A DNA stretch of 64,000 nucleotides from Polyangiales bacterium. Its GTDB lineage: Bacteria; Myxococcota_A; Polyangia; Polyangiales; Polyangiaceae. Positions within the stretch are counted from its first letter, which is position 1, and each line of letters begins with the position of its first letter. The notes beneath the pieces were generated by a model. The model searched no databases. It was not told the DNA's origin and saw only the letters and a list, made by a program, of their open reading frames with translations. Both the position numbers and the translations under genes were made by a program. Shown in pieces: positions 1-9,050 of the stretch. The stretch spans positions 11,585-75,584 of the forward strand of contig JBBSBI010000001.1 of NCBI GenBank assembly GCA_038251425.1, in the 5' to 3' direction.

Positions 1-2
1 GC

Positions 3-473
3 GCTGCAAAGTCACTCGGCGCACTCAAAGGAGCGGCACTCACAGATAGCGCGCTCCAAGCTTCCCTCACGGACACTTCACCAGAAGTTCGAGCTAGCGT
101 CGCCGAAGCGCTCGGGACGCGGGGCGCGGCAACTGCAGCGCTGCCGCTGCTCGCTCGGCTTGAAGATCAAGAGGAGACCGTTGAGGTTCGAATCGCTTCC
201 GCGGCAGCACTCGGAGAAATGTGCGCTCCTTCAGCTCTGAATTCGCTCACCCGGCGCGCGCAGGCGCTCTCAGATCCGACGGCACCCTCGGACGCGCAAA
301 TGCTTGGAAGAGCGGCACTCCGTGCACTCGTCCGACTGAACCCAGGTGACCTCCAAAAACGCCTTGCCCCACTTACAGCACGCACCGCACCGCCCGCCGT
401 ACGTGCTGCAGCAGGGCGTGCAACGAGCAGCAGCGTCACTCGCTGCCAACAAGCGCACGTCAAGAAACCCTGA
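3..473 (+). CDS. HEAT/PBS-lyase-like repeat protein, C-terminal part (5' end outside window)
   Basis: Frame 3 is open from base 3 to the TGA at 471-473. The translation ...TDTSPEVRASVAEALGTRGAATAALPLLARLEDQEETVEVRIASAAALGEMCAPSALNSL... shows recurring xxVRxxAAxALG units typical of HEAT-like repeats. Confidence 0.55.
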   Translation, partial: AAKSLGALKGAALTDSALQASLTDTSPEVRASVAEALGTRGAATAALPLLARLEDQEETVEVRIASAAALGEMCAPSALNSLTRRAQALSDPTAPSDAQMLGRAALRALVRLNPGDLQKRLAPLTARTAPPAVRAAAGRATSSSVTRCQQAHVKKP

Positions 474-528
474 AGGGGTTGCGCCGCCGCGCCGCACACC
501 TGCAAGGCGAGCTGCCCCTTTCGTACTC

Positions 529-574
529 TGGGAGATAGTAAGCATGCTTACTATCTTGTGTTCAGCGTTGAGGT
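529..574 (+). promoter_or_regulatory. Conserved 46-nt intergenic element, copy 1; core is the 24-bp perfect palindrome AGATAGTAAGCATGCTTACTATCT (533-556)
   Basis: The identical 24-mer recurs at 29703-29726. The flanks also match (about 40 of 46 positions by hand alignment). The element ends about 105 nt upstream of the ATG at 679. Confidence 0.6.
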
Positions 575-577
575 AGA

Positions 578-599
578 GGTCGCGGTCGCGGTCGCGGTC
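578..599. repeat. Hexanucleotide microsatellite (GGTCGC) x about 3.7
   Basis: ggtcgcggtcgcggtcgcggtc read directly in the intergenic region just downstream of palindrome copy 1. Confidence 0.8.
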
Positions 600-678
600 C
601 GAAGATTTATGCCGCGGGATCAGGCGAAAAACGCTGCCCGCTGACTTGAACACTCCAAAGTGGTACGAGGCTAGACTC

Positions 679-1734
679 ATGCAAAAAGGCTGGATTCTTG
701 TCACAGGCGCTTCGGGTTTCATTGGATCCTGCTTGGTTCGAAAGCTACTGGACCGTGGCGAGAAGGTGCGCGGCTTCGTACGTACCGGCTCGAATTTGCG
801 GGCTCTGGCGGGCTTGCCTGCCGCTCAATTCGAGTTGGCCTATGGCGACATCACCGTGGATCACACGGTTTTTCGAGCACTCCACGGTTGCGACCGCATG
901 TTCCACGTGGCCACCCACTTTCAGTGGGGAAGCCGGAATCCAAAGTCCGTGATCATTCCCGCCGTCACAGGTACCCAAGCGGTGCTCGAAGCCGCGCGCC
1001 GCCGGAAGCTGAGCAAAGTTGTCGTCACGAGTTCATTCGCAACGTTGGGCATCGCAAAGACCGAAGAACCCATCAACGAAACCCACGCCTTCAACTTGAC
1101 TGACCCTGAAGTTTACGTCGAAGCGAAGCGGCAAGCCGAAGAAGTAGCGCTTGCGGCCGCGCAGGCGGGGCAGCCGGTTGTCGTGGTTTTGCCGGGTTCC
1201 ACCGTGGGCCCAGGTGATCGCAAACCAACGCCCACAGGTCGCTCGATTCTCTACTATTTGCGCACCTCTCCCGGCATTCAGGTCAGTGTCCCTAACGGAG
1301 GCCTCAATGTCGTTGACGTCGAGGATGTCGCTCTCGGGCATATTCTCGCCATGGAGAAGGGGCGAGTCGGCGAACGCTATCTGCTCGGTGGTGAGAATCT
1401 GACGTTTGCGGAACTCGTGAGCACACTCTCGGACGTGACGGGGCTCGCCTCGGGCAAGCCTGGCTTGGGCGCCTCTACCGCACTCTTGCTCGGCCGCTTG
1501 TTGGCACTCTTCAGCCGGCTGAAAGGCGAAGAGCCTCTGGTGACACCTAAGCTTATGCGTGCTTACACGTCCGGCTTCGCCTGGGTGGACAGCCGGAAGG
1601 CGGAGCGAGAGCTCGGCTACGAACATCGTTCAGCGCGGCTCGCGTTGGGTCGCTCGGTTCAGTGGTTTTTGGACCAAGGTTACGTTCCGGATCGCTTCGC
1701 CGGGCGCATCCGACTGGAACTTCGAAGCGCATGA
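679..1734 (+). CDS. NAD-dependent epimerase/dehydratase (extended SDR) family protein, dihydroflavonol-reductase/HpnA-like
   Basis: Rossmann motif WILVTGASGFIGSCLVRKLL at the N-terminus. ATG 679 is preceded by GAGG about 10 nt upstream. The track ORF starts at a TTG at 646. Confidence 0.8.
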   Translation: MQKGWILVTGASGFIGSCLVRKLLDRGEKVRGFVRTGSNLRALAGLPAAQFELAYGDITVDHTVFRALHGCDRMFHVATHFQWGSRNPKSVIIPAVTGTQAVLEAARRRKLSKVVVTSSFATLGIAKTEEPINETHAFNLTDPEVYVEAKRQAEEVALAAAQAGQPVVVVLPGSTVGPGDRKPTPTGRSILYYLRTSPGIQVSVPNGGLNVVDVEDVALGHILAMEKGRVGERYLLGGENLTFAELVSTLSDVTGLASGKPGLGASTALLLGRLLALFSRLKGEEPLVTPKLMRAYTSGFAWVDSRKAERELGYEHRSARLALGRSVQWFLDQGYVPDRFAGRIRLELRSA

Positions 1735-2423
1735 ATTCACCAAACCGTGCCGGAATCGGCTGGTTTTGGGGCCTTGGCGCGTCGCTGCCGCTGGGAGCTG
1801 GGTCGGCTCTCTTGGCTCACACGCCAACGCAGACGCTCGTGCTCTCTATTTTGGGCGCAGCATCGCTGCTCATGCCCCTTTCATGGGTGTTTGCCCAACT
1901 CCGCCCGTCTCGCCAGGTTCTGCTCTGGCTTTTCGGCGTGTTGGGGAATGGCTTTTGGATGTTAGCTTATGCTGGCTCATGGGTGTCCACACAAACCCAC
2001 CATCGGCCGCTCGGTGGGGCTACATTTGCCGGAGTCGCCGTCGGCGTGCTCTCGCTGTGTGCGGTTGCGGCGGCTCGCGTCGTTAGCTTGCAACGTAACG
2101 CCTCGCACACTGCCCAGAGGACCGGCGCGGCGCTGGCTTACACTGGGCTGGCCATAGCTGCGCTCGGCATGCTACTCGTAGCGCGGCGCGCCCTCAGTGC
2201 TGATCAGCACGTGGCTGTCACTCTCGCCGAAGCACTGATCACGATCGGGGCGGCGCTGGCCGTACTCCAGATCCCGGGCACTGGCTCGAGCACCCAAAGC
2301 TTCGCTGGAGTTACTCTCTGGGTGCTGGTGGTCGCAGGTGGGGGCTACGCGGTGGGTCGCTTCCCGGAGGCGGCGGGGCTCATTTCGCCTGCGCTCTCCG
2401 GAGTGCTTCCGCTGTTTCGTTAG
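1731..2423 (+). CDS. Polytopic membrane protein, unknown function
   Basis: ATGA overlap with the stop of the upstream gene. Several hydrophobic segments (LVLSILGAASLLMPLSWVFA, VLWLFGVLGNGFWMLAYAG, GVTLWVLVVAGGGYAV). Confidence 0.55.
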   Translation: MNSPNRAGIGWFWGLGASLPLGAGSALLAHTPTQTLVLSILGAASLLMPLSWVFAQLRPSRQVLLWLFGVLGNGFWMLAYAGSWVSTQTHHRPLGGATFAGVAVGVLSLCAVAAARVVSLQRNASHTAQRTGAALAYTGLAIAALGMLLVARRALSADQHVAVTLAEALITIGAALAVLQIPGTGSSTQSFAGVTLWVLVVAGGGYAVGRFPEAAGLISPALSGVLPLFR

Positions 2424-2527
2424 GCAGCGCATCGGAAGCGCTTGAATCTTGCTGCGCCCTGCGCCGAGCAAATCTTTTTTATCCAAGGGGGCGACGCTCT
2501 CACCCAGCGTGCCCATATTATTGGTCC

Positions 2528-3766
2528 ATGCTGCGGGCAATCCTCTGGTCTAGGGCTTTCGACCACCTCCGTCGCACATGGCCCAGCTGGACGAGTGTTG
2601 TCAGGTGGCCAAGAGGCTTGGCGCTCGCCTGCGGAGCATTGCTGCTCGCATTGGCGCTGACGACACCTGCACAGGCCCAAGCGCTCGTTTCGCCCGGCGC
2701 CGCGCCCACACCGAGCGCAAGCGCTGAGCACCCCGGAGATGCACCGCGCCTTGGTACGAACGCGCTGAAAGTCACGGTCCCGAAAGATTTTAGTACTTTC
2801 AACGGCGGCTGGATCACGTTCGCCTACCATCCTTCTCTGAACAATCGAGTTCAACAGCTGATCGCCGACGCAAACAGTGTGCGAGCTGAACTCGCCGAGC
2901 GGCTTGGCGCGCCGCCCATCACGCACGTGCGAGTGCATGTGGCACGCACGCCCGGTGAAATGGAAGTGCTCGCACCCGAAGGCGCCCCCTATCCAGAATA
3001 TGCCTCTGGCGTTGCTTACTCAGAGCTTGGTTTGGTGTTGCTCACGGCGACGCCACTCGAGCCGACTGAGCACCATGATCTCGGCGAGATTTTTCGGCAT
3101 GAGCTCGCACATATTGCTCTTCACCAAGCAACGCGCGGAAGGGATGTTCCACGTTGGTTCAACGAAGGCTTCGCGGTCTTCGCCTCGGGCGAGGGCTCCA
3201 TTGTTCGCCTGCAGACGCTCTGGCTCGCAACGGTTTCAGGCCACCTGTGGCCCATGTCGAAGCTGGCCCGCACTTTCCCCGCAGATGGCGCAAGCGCCTC
3301 GATCGCCTACGCACAGGCCGCAGATTTTGTGCGTTTCATGGTGCGGCGTGAAGATCGCCATCGTTTTTCTGGGCTCGTCAGTCGACTGAATGATGGTCTC
3401 TCGTTTGACCAGGCAATCGCCGAATCCTACGGCGCGGGCCTAGAAACACTCGAGCAAGAGTGGAACGCGGACGTTAGCCAGCGTTATACATTTTGGCCGG
3501 TGCTCTTGGGTGGAAGCTCACTGTGGGTGGGGCTCTTGGGCCTGTTTCTTTGGGGGTATCGGCGCAAGCGTAAAGAAGCCAAAGCAACGCTGGCGCGCTG
3601 GGCAAAAGAAGAAGCTTTCCACGATGAGGTCGAACGTCTGAAAGCCGCCCCACGCGTGCACATTGTGCTCGCCCCCGACGTTTCAAGACCCGAGCACTTC
3701 ACACCTATCAAAGAGGTTGAAGTGCCGAAAGTAGAGCACGATGGCGGTTGGTACACGTTGCACTGA
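2528..3766 (+). CDS. Secreted, C-terminally membrane-anchored peptidase-MA-like zinc metalloprotease
   Basis: Signal-like LALACGALLLALALTTPAQAQA. HExxH motif with downstream signature (FRHELAHIALHQ...VPRWFNEGFAVF). A TM segment (WPVLLGGSSLWVGLLGLFLWGY) followed by a charged tail. Confidence 0.7.
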   Translation: MLRAILWSRAFDHLRRTWPSWTSVVRWPRGLALACGALLLALALTTPAQAQALVSPGAAPTPSASAEHPGDAPRLGTNALKVTVPKDFSTFNGGWITFAYHPSLNNRVQQLIADANSVRAELAERLGAPPITHVRVHVARTPGEMEVLAPEGAPYPEYASGVAYSELGLVLLTATPLEPTEHHDLGEIFRHELAHIALHQATRGRDVPRWFNEGFAVFASGEGSIVRLQTLWLATVSGHLWPMSKLARTFPADGASASIAYAQAADFVRFMVRREDRHRFSGLVSRLNDGLSFDQAIAESYGAGLETLEQEWNADVSQRYTFWPVLLGGSSLWVGLLGLFLWGYRRKRKEAKATLARWAKEEAFHDEVERLKAAPRVHIVLAPDVSRPEHFTPIKEVEVPKVEHDGGWYTLH

Positions 3767-3817
3767 CGCACTGACGGATGCGCGCGCTAAGCGCACTGCG
3801 GCTGAGGACAGTGAGTA

Positions 3818-4120
3818 TTACTCGCGCTTAACGTGAACATTTTCGAGCCGGCGAGATTCGTCGATCAGCCTCTCAAACACGCCGCGCACGGTCGCTTGAT
3901 CGAGTGGCACCTGGGCTTTGGAGCACAATCTCTCCAGCATCTCCCGTTCCCGCACCGGATCGTAAACGGCTAAGCCACGCTCTCGCTTGTACTCCCCCAC
4001 CTCAAGCACGATGCGCACCCGCTCCGCCAACAAGTCCAAGATCTGTTGATCGACAGCGTCGATTCTAGCGCGTAATGACGTGATGTCGCTCTCAGGCTTC
4101 ACACCGAGGATGGTAATCAC
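3818..4120 (-). CDS. Chorismate mutase, AroQ class
   Basis: SLRARIDAVDQQILDLLAERVRIVLEVGEYKRERGLAVYDPVREREMLERL is a typical AroQ helix-1/2 pattern. The first 67 codons of the track ORF (to 4321) are R-rich junk. In-frame GTG starts exist at 4120 and 4102, so the start is uncertain. Confidence 0.75.
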   Translation of the reverse strand: MITILGVKPESDITSLRARIDAVDQQILDLLAERVRIVLEVGEYKRERGLAVYDPVREREMLERLCSKAQVPLDQATVRGVFERLIDESRRLENVHVKRE

Positions 4121-4338
4121 GGGGGGCTCGGAAGATCTACCTAGCCTTGGGAGCTGGTGGCTCGAAACTAGCCTTGCTCGCCGCCGTTGGCGCCTTCTCC
4201 GGGGCGCCAAAACCGAGAGTGAGCTGAACACCACCCGACAAATACGAGGTGAGTGCTCGCTGTTCCCCGCCCACGACGGTGGGCATCGTCCCGAGGGCAA
4301 CCGCCCCCTTCGGACCACCACAGCTCTCCTTCAGCGTG

Positions 4339-5457
4339 CTAGAAAATCCCACCCAGCTCGAGCACGCTCGTCCACTGCGCTTTTTCGCCCCGCAAGATAT
4401 CGCGATCTTTCTTGTCGGTCTGCGCGTCCGCGACGGAACCCAAATCGGTGATGAATTCGCCCGCGATCATCAGCATCTCGTAGCGATAACTCAAGCCAAA
4501 CAGGAGCCGGCGGCGTTCTAGGCGTGCCTTGTCGAAGACCACGTTATTGTTGAAATCAAGCGGCGAGCCGCCTGCACACACGGGTTGCCCGTCTTGAGTT
4601 GTCTTCGAAGGATCCGGGCTGCCGGGCTGGTTGAGGCCCGCGTAGTTGCAATACTGAATGGCGTTCGTTGCGGGCGTGAGATCCACCAAGCCGGAATCAC
4701 CGAATACCCAAAGCTGCTGAAACCCAGCCCAAGGGGTGAGAACGGAAGAATCTGCGATCACGAACGGCTTGGAGATTTGCGCATCCGCACTGGCAATCGT
4801 TAACTGAAATTCGGGAGTCCCGGTGATGCTTCGGACACCGCCGCCGAATGCCAAATCAGGCATTGCGCCCATGAAGCCGGTACGGAAACCTTCGAGGATC
4901 GCCATGCGCATGTCCGCGCCACCGGACACCAAACTCGTGCGCGGCATGAAGCCAATATTAGCAGTTAATTCGAGGCCGAATCCGAAACCCTTCTGAAACT
5001 TTACGGCGTAATGCTGTAGAAAATCATCCGGATTCGCATTTCGCTCGGGGGCTTTTTTGGAGCTTGGATCCACAGGACCCTGAGTGCCCCGTTGCCAGTA
5101 GGCTTTCCCGCCATCAATCTTGGTGAGGCTGCCCTCGAACGCGAGATGGAAGCCTCCGAAGCCTGTCGTGCGCGCGGCGTGCATCGCCGTGGGTGCAAAA
5201 GCGAACGCGTATTGGCTGATCAGCTTCTTGAACGCGGCGTCGTCCGGAGTGCACCACTCAGCCTGGCCCGGGCCGGACTTCAACTGCTGCAGATTCTGGG
5301 GATCATCGGCGTAGGCACCCTGACCAGTGCGGCAGGAGGGATCGCGCACCAGCCGCTCGATGGTCGGATCCATAGGCTCGGCGTGAACAGGCAGGGCCAA
5401 GCAAAGGACCAGCGCTCCACCCGCTCCACGGAAGAATCCCGCACGATTCGCGCTCAT
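4339..5457 (-). CDS. Outer-membrane beta-barrel-like protein, unknown function
   Basis: Signal peptide MSANRAGFFRGAGGALVLCLALPVHAEP from an internal ATG. C-terminal ...VLELGGIF ends in an aromatic residue, as in OMPs. Alternating beta-like segments. Confidence 0.5.
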   Translation of the reverse strand: MSANRAGFFRGAGGALVLCLALPVHAEPMDPTIERLVRDPSCRTGQGAYADDPQNLQQLKSGPGQAEWCTPDDAAFKKLISQYAFAFAPTAMHAARTTGFGGFHLAFEGSLTKIDGGKAYWQRGTQGPVDPSSKKAPERNANPDDFLQHYAVKFQKGFGFGLELTANIGFMPRTSLVSGGADMRMAILEGFRTGFMGAMPDLAFGGGVRSITGTPEFQLTIASADAQISKPFVIADSSVLTPWAGFQQLWVFGDSGLVDLTPATNAIQYCNYAGLNQPGSPDPSKTTQDGQPVCAGGSPLDFNNNVVFDKARLERRRLLFGLSYRYEMLMIAGEFITDLGSVADAQTDKKDRDILRGEKAQWTSVLELGGIF

Positions 5458-5581
5458 TTCGAAGGTACCAACAGCTTTTGATACTTTGCCTCGGGAAGTC
5501 GCGTCAAGGTCAGAAGCCGGCCGAGCCTCAGCTAAGCTTGCTTTGCGCCCGGCCTGCGGCCAAAAGCAGTTGCTAAACCTC

Positions 5582-6115
5582 GTGCCAACCCCAGCCACAC
5601 GCCCTCGTCTGCGCGCTAAAGCCGGCGGAGGCGCGTTTCATCTGGTACTGGTCGAACCGGAAATCCCACCCAACACCGGCAACGTGGCGCGCTTGTGCGC
5701 CGCGACCAATTGCCCACTCCACTTGGTGGGCAAACTTGGATTTGACATCAGCGACCACGCGGTGCGGCGTGCCGGCCTCGATTATTGGCATTTGGTCACG
5801 GTGCACCAGCACGCAGACTGGGAAACCTGCGACGCCGCTTTGAGCGCACTCGCTCCAACTGGTCGACGCTGGTTCTTCTCAACGCAGGCCAAGCAGAGCT
5901 ACCTGGACGTGGATTTTCGCGAGGGGGACGCCTTGGTCTTTGGCAAGGAAAGTGTGGGATTGCCGGATTGGCTCCTTGAGCGCTACCCGGACCACCTGGT
6001 GGGTATCCCGCTTCTGGGCGCCGTCCGTTCGCTCAACCTCGCGAACAGTGTCGCCATTGGCCTGTATGAAGCCCTCCGTCAAATTGGAGCACTAGCTAAC
6101 GCCGAACTCGGCTGA
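5582..6115 (+). CDS. trmL: tRNA (cytidine/uridine-2'-O-)-methyltransferase TrmL (SpoU/TrmH family)
   Basis: FHLVLVEPEIPPNTGNVARLCAATNCPLHLV...RRAGLDYWH...LVFGKESVGLP...IPLLGAVRSLNLANSVAIGLYEALRQ closely parallels E. coli TrmL. The start is GTG 5582 or TTG 5570. Confidence 0.85.
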   Translation: MPTPATRPRLRAKAGGGAFHLVLVEPEIPPNTGNVARLCAATNCPLHLVGKLGFDISDHAVRRAGLDYWHLVTVHQHADWETCDAALSALAPTGRRWFFSTQAKQSYLDVDFREGDALVFGKESVGLPDWLLERYPDHLVGIPLLGAVRSLNLANSVAIGLYEALRQIGALANAELG

Positions 6116-6120
6116 ATGGC

Positions 6121-7128
6121 TTAGATACCCACGGCGCTGCGCACGGCAGCCATACGGAGTGCGGCCGTTTCCCGGGCCTTGCCGGCACCCGCTACCAATA
6201 TCCGCTCTACCTCGCCGAGATCCTTCTCGAACTCACGTCGGCGTTCGCGAACGGCATCGAAGCGCGCGTGAAATGAGTCCAAAAGTAACTTTTTGTAGTG
6301 GCCATAGCCCTGGCCTCCGGCTCGCCAACTGGCGTCAATCGCCTCGAACTCGGAGGCAGCGGTCAACAATTTTAGGAGATCATAGAGGGGGCTCTCAACG
6401 GTTGGTTTCGGAGCCTCAACCGCAGTGGAGTCCGTCTTCATCGTCATGATGGCTTTCTTGATCGCGCCATCATCACCAAAAAGATCCAGCGTGTTGTTGT
6501 AGGACTTACTCATCTTGCGGCCATCCAGGCCGGGAACTACGGCGGTAGCTTCTAGGATGCGTGGCTCGGGGAGTTTGAAGCAGCCGGCAACGCCGCTCTT
6601 CTTTCCGGAAGGATCACTCGGATCGTAGCCCGGCACGAACGCCACGTTGAATTTAGTGGCCCAATCACGTGTGAATTCGACGTGCTGTTTCTGATCTTTA
6701 CCCACCGGAACCAGATCGGCGTCGTACAAAAGAATATCTGCTGCCATCAGCACCGGATAGGCGAAGAGGCCAAAATCCGGGCGAATCGCGTTAGCGAGCT
6801 TATCCTTGTAGCTGTGAGCACGCTCTAGATTTGAAATCGGAATCACGCTCCCCAAAATCCACATGAGCTCGGTGTGCTCTCGCACGTCCGCCTGACGAAA
6901 CAACACACTCCGCTCGGGATCAACCCCAAACGCCAGCAGCGTCAGTGCCACATCCAGCGTGAGCTCCCTCAGGCGAGCCGCATTCTGGACAGTCGTGAGC
7001 GAGTGCAGGTTAGCGATGAAAAAGTATGCTTCGCTCTCCTGTTGGAGCTCAATAAACTGGCAAATGGCGCCGAAATAGTTGCCGAGGTGCTGGCGGCCGG
7101 AAGCCTGGATGCCCGAAACAGTGCGCAT
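6121..7128 (-). CDS. trpS: Tryptophan--tRNA ligase
   Basis: Class I signatures GRQHLGNYFG (HIGH-like) and KMSKSYNN, with a length of 335 aa. Confidence 0.95.
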   Translation of the reverse strand: MRTVSGIQASGRQHLGNYFGAICQFIELQQESEAYFFIANLHSLTTVQNAARLRELTLDVALTLLAFGVDPERSVLFRQADVREHTELMWILGSVIPISNLERAHSYKDKLANAIRPDFGLFAYPVLMAADILLYDADLVPVGKDQKQHVEFTRDWATKFNVAFVPGYDPSDPSGKKSGVAGCFKLPEPRILEATAVVPGLDGRKMSKSYNNTLDLFGDDGAIKKAIMTMKTDSTAVEAPKPTVESPLYDLLKLLTAASEFEAIDASWRAGGQGYGHYKKLLLDSFHARFDAVRERRREFEKDLGEVERILVAGAGKARETAALRMAAVRSAVGI

Positions 7129-7169
7129 GAGACGACGATCTAGGCTTTGAACTCACGCGCCGCAATTGG

Positions 7170-8945
7170 CTAGCGCTTGAACCATTTATCAAAGACGCTT
7201 TTCGCCGGAGGTTTGCTGTTTTTTGGGGGCCGGCTGGAGCGGCGCATCTCGAACAGACGCAGCTCGCGGGTTGCATCCAGGTGATTGGGATTGATTTCGA
7301 CAATGTGCCGGAGATCGGAACGGGCCAGGGTATCCCGACCCATGCGCTTATAGAGCTGGGCGCGATACCAGCGCGCTCGGACGTTGCTCGGCTCTCGCTT
7401 GATGGCCCGAGAGATACGCGCGATCTGCTGCGTGACATCCGCCTCAGGGTTGCGGAGCGCTTCAATCCAGGCGAGAAGTGCCTCGTAATCGGCCTGATCG
7501 GGATCCCCTTCCACCGCGGCACGCGCTTCTTTCTCAGCAGCTTCTACCGCGTTCCTCTTCAGCAAGACTTCCGCGCGCTGGAACGCCATGGTGGCTCGCA
7601 GCACGGATTGTACCTGCTCCTGCTCATCCGCCGATCCACCACCGCTAGCTAACACCTGATCATACTCGGCACGGCGTGTGGCCTCGGAAAGGATCTGGTG
7701 CGCCTCGGTGATCCGCGAAAAGGAGCGACCGATGAGCTCCCGAACGTCTTCGAATTCAGGCCCCAGCCGGTCCGGGTGGAAGCGTTTGGCGACCTGAAAA
7801 AAAGCGGCCTGGATCTGGGCGGAGGTTGCACCCCGTTCGACACCCAACACCTCATAATAACTCTCACCCCGGGCGGTCGCGCGCTCGCGGATCTGTGCTT
7901 TCATCGCCAACACCTCGGGCGGATCGCTCAACGCCGGCGGTGTTGAACTTGGAGGGCTTCCGGCACCAGGGCGGAGCGAACTCGATGTCGGGGATCGCTG
8001 CGAGAAGGCTCCGGACGCAGGCGCATTGGAGCGCGGCGGAGGGCCAGAAGGGCCACGCCCTTGCCAATTCGCAGGGGGTGGTATGTCCGGAGGTTGGCTG
8101 TCAGAAAAATCGGAAAGGGTCCCCCGGGAAACCCGACCCACAGGCTCGGCGACGGGCATGCGAGTCGAGGATTCTTCGTTTCCGGGAACCCCAACGGGAG
8201 GCGGCTGTGCCGGCCCAAGATCGAGCTGGCGAGAAATAGTGAGCGCGTAGATCAAGCGCTGCACGAGTTCCGTTGGCCCGAGTTCGCGCGCCACAAGCTC
8301 AGCTAGAGATTGCGGCTTAACGCGCAAAACATCCACGAGCGTGCGTTCGGTGTTGTCGAAGTAGAAGCGGGCCAGCTGGGCCTCCGGATGGAGCCGAATC
8401 GCGGTCGGCCCAAGGCCATTGCAGACAGAACGCACCACATTCTCGTCACTGTGGCCGCGAACCCCTCGCCAAATCAGCGCTAGTGTTTTCGCGTGGGGAT
8501 TATCGGAGCCGCCAAATCGCTCCAAATAGTTGATATCGCTGTAAAATCCGAACGCGGTCTGCTGCGGCAGCGTGAACATCCACAGTACTTTTCGATGCAG
8601 TTGCTCGCGAAGCGCGGAGCGCAGCTGCTGCTCCTCGATCGAGCGTTCCGCTAACAGGATCTCACCGTGGAGCTTCTGCTCCCGAGCGGCTCGATGGAGA
8701 GCACGATCACAGCGCGCGATCTCCACAAGATTGAGATCGAGGAGGACATCCCGCAGAAAGGCAACAGGCGCAGCTGTGCGGGCTTTTTGGGCCAAACCGC
8801 GATCAAAGAAGACTGCGCTTTTGCCCCCGGTGGGCTCCTCCAGCACAAGCGTGCCCGTCAATCTTCGATCCAAAACGTGGATCAACAGATGAGCGAGCGG
8901 GGTTTGGGCGAGGGTGCCCGAGGCCATCGGCCTAGGGGTAGTCAT
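7170..8945 (-). CDS. DUF4388-like N-domain / Pro-Ser-rich linker / J-domain / TPR protein
   Basis: N-terminus GTLAQTPLAHLLIHVLDRRLTGTLVLEE (DUF4388-like). J-domain YYEVLGVERGATSAQIQAAFFQVAKRFHPDR. C-terminal TPR-like helices. Confidence 0.75.
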   Translation of the reverse strand: MTTPRPMASGTLAQTPLAHLLIHVLDRRLTGTLVLEEPTGGKSAVFFDRGLAQKARTAAPVAFLRDVLLDLNLVEIARCDRALHRAAREQKLHGEILLAERSIEEQQLRSALREQLHRKVLWMFTLPQQTAFGFYSDINYLERFGGSDNPHAKTLALIWRGVRGHSDENVVRSVCNGLGPTAIRLHPEAQLARFYFDNTERTLVDVLRVKPQSLAELVARELGPTELVQRLIYALTISRQLDLGPAQPPPVGVPGNEESSTRMPVAEPVGRVSRGTLSDFSDSQPPDIPPPANWQGRGPSGPPPRSNAPASGAFSQRSPTSSSLRPGAGSPPSSTPPALSDPPEVLAMKAQIRERATARGESYYEVLGVERGATSAQIQAAFFQVAKRFHPDRLGPEFEDVRELIGRSFSRITEAHQILSEATRRAEYDQVLASGGGSADEQEQVQSVLRATMAFQRAEVLLKRNAVEAAEKEARAAVEGDPDQADYEALLAWIEALRNPEADVTQQIARISRAIKREPSNVRARWYRAQLYKRMGRDTLARSDLRHIVEINPNHLDATRELRLFEMRRSSRPPKNSKPPAKSVFDKWFKR

Positions 8946-9050
8946 GTGTGGGTGCGCACCCTAGCACCGAGATCGAAAGTTGGGGCACGGGAATGTCCAT
9001 TCTGTGCGCACCGGGCCGTGGTCTATTCTTCGGATTTAAGCTAGTTTAGC

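Noticed and set aside
185-196. GGTTCGAATCG, resembling a tRNA T-arm
   Set aside because: It lies inside the open HEAT-repeat reading frame. No acceptor or anticodon stems can be drawn around it. I found no tRNA anywhere in the window.
551-567. Possible deltaproteobacterial LexA box because of ...GTGTTCAGC next to palindrome copy 1
   Set aside because: Hand alignment to CTRHAMRYBYGTTCAGS fails at several positions, and copy 2 reads GTGTTCGAC.
4121-4321. N-terminal 67 codons of the chorismate mutase track ORF
   Set aside because: The Arg-rich sequence is implausible, and an AroQ domain needs only about 95 aa. In-frame GTGs at 4120 and 4102 fit better, though the true start remains uncertain.
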